DNA of 64,000 nt from Macrostomum lignano (taxonomy: Eukaryota): positions 206,724 through 270,723 of the forward strand of contig NIVC01000661.1 of assembly GCA_002269645.1 (NCBI GenBank). Direction: 5' to 3'. Within the stretch, counting starts at the first letter, position 1. The number at the start of each line of letters is the position of its first letter. The position numbers and the translations under genes are program-made. The notes under the pieces were generated by a model. The model worked only from the letters and a program-made list of their open reading frames with translations, was not told the origin of the DNA and made no database searches. Shown in pieces: positions 62,210-64,000 of the stretch.

Positions 62210-63860
62210 GTTTGGGATTTGGGATCTTAGTTTGTGGATTTGGGGTTATAATCTTAGGATTTGGGATTTGAATCTTGGAATTTGGGATTAGAATCTTGAA
62301 ATTTAGGGATTAGAATCTTGGGATCTAGGGTTAGTATCTTGGGATTTAGGGGTTAGAATCTTTGGATTTTGGGTTAGAATCTTTGGATTTGGGATTAGAA
62401 TCTTGGGATTTAAGGGTTAGAATCTTGGGATTTTGGGTTAGAATCTTTGGATTTGGGATTTGAATCTTGGGATTTGGGATCTGAATCTTGGGATTTGGGA
62501 TTAGAATCTTGGGATTTAAGGGTTAGAATCTTGGGATCTAGGGTTAGAATCTTTGGATTTTGGGTTAGAATCTTTGGATTTTGGGTTAGAATCTTTGGAT
62601 TTGGGATCTCTTGGGATTTGGGATCTGAATCTTGGGACTTGGGATTAGAATCTTGGGATTTAAGGGTTAGAATCTTGGGATTTTGGGTTAGAATCTTTGG
62701 ATTTGGGTTAGAATCTTTGGATTTGGGATCTCTTAGGATTTGGGATCTGAATCTTGGAATTTGGGATTAGAATCTTGGGATTTAAGGGTTAGAATCTTGG
62801 AATTTAAGGGTTAGAATCTTGGGATCTAGGGTTAGAATCTTGGGATTTAGGGTTAGAATCTTGGGATTTTGGGTTAGAATCTTGGGATCTAGGGTTAGAA
62901 TCTTTGGATTTTGGGTTAGAATCTTTGGATTTGGGATTTGAATCTTGGGATTTGGGATTTGAAGTCGAAATATTGTGATTTATATCTAACCACCTGGCTT
63001 ATAAATGGAAATATTTCACTATTTTTCTGTGAGTCTTGTCTTTTCATTATATCTTGCGTCGTAATATTTTCCTGCTTGAAATCTTGCAAGAGTCGCACAT
63101 GAGCACGATTTGCGCCCGAATCGAATCGAATTCATTCCTTTGAGAAAATCGGGCCGCAGACTGAGACTGCACCTGCGAGTCCAATTAGGCAGCCAGAGCC
63201 AGCAGTGAATTGCGCCTTAAACAGAGCAAAATATCAAATTGAAATTTGCTGCTTCAAAGCAGAAATCAAAAGCAATTTTCTGCGCTGTTCGGTCGAGTGG
63301 AATGCAAGCAATTTAATTGGTGAAAAAACAAGCAAATATGAGCTGTGAATGTCTCAGGTGCTCGACAGAGACTAAAAAATGATTGATTTTACAAAATATA
63401 AAATAACAAATATGAATTATGCTAGATAAAGAGATAGACGGATAAATCGTGTATATAGCAAAGTAGATACGCAGACAGGTAGATAAGTAGGTAGAGTGTA
63501 AGTTGTACTGGTATAAGTAAGTAAATAAGACAAAGGTAAATAGGTACATTTAGGTAAATAAACAGAAAGGTAGACAGGCAGACAGGCGAACAGACAGATA
63601 GACTCGTAATATAAGCAGATAGACAGACAGATAGACTGGTAATATATGCAGATAGACAGACAAGTAGACAGGCAGGCAGGCAGGCAGGCAGACAACTAGG
63701 CAGACAGTTAGATAGACAGACAGACAGGCAGGTAGATAGACAGACAGGGAGACAGGCAGACAGGTAGATAATCAGGCAGACAGGTGGAAAGACAGGCAGG
63801 TAGATAGACAGACAGGCAGACAGGTAGATAACCAGGCAGACAGGTGGAAAGCCAGACAGG
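62210..63860. repeat. Arrays in LHFPL intron 3: 62210-62960 (gggttagaatcttgggattt) and 63560-63860 (agacaggcag-type)
   Basis: Direct tandem copies. Confidence 0.9.
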
Positions 63861-64000
63861 TATTTAATTCTAATTAGTTAGATATTTAGACTGCAGACTC
63901 AAGAACAGCCGGTTCCGGAGCCGCAGCCAGGCGGACATCATAAACTGTAGTCCCCCAGGAGAGTCACTAAACCCCCTCGCGGACATTTCCCTGTTTGCCT

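Noticed and set aside
63880-64000. Possible final LHFPL exon (D-C-R-L...)
   Set aside because: Lacks the expected GWAY-type motif and fourth transmembrane segment; the true exon is probably beyond the window.

Overview
Eukaryotic (invertebrate animal) genomic DNA: GC-rich spliced exons separated by introns packed with 14-60 bp minisatellites. The style suggests a flatworm such as Macrostomum, but that is inference only. No prokaryotic features, CRISPR, rRNA or tRNA are supported. Recognisable genes: the 3' part of MUS81 (+, 0.66-3.37 kb; ERCC4 nuclease plus HhH); an uncharacterised multi-exon gene (+, ~6.0-20.05 kb); a weakly supported minus-strand gene (~21.2-24.9 kb); a CPED1-like gene (-, 28.7 to at least 40.3 kb); a C-type lectin + 4 Ig contactin-like gene (+, 45949-47895); and an LHFPL-family tetraspan gene (+, from 57.0 kb, running off the window). 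Mobile elements: an internally deleted RTE-type LINE (9413-11504); a 5'-truncated RNase H-bearing LINE of the I group, LOA/Lian-like (14066-18335, -), flanked by an exact 165-bp direct duplication; and a 1289-bp non-autonomous foldback/Mutator-like element with a 9-bp TSD (49613-50901). Most notable: the 165-bp TSD; the foldback element; frameshifts that are nearly all single-base losses in homopolymers, so likely assembly errors; an apparently exonised GACA-family minisatellite; and several arrays whose units carry canonical transcription-factor motifs or strand-polarised G-runs beside splice sites. All assignments come from reading motifs by eye; no database searches were run.
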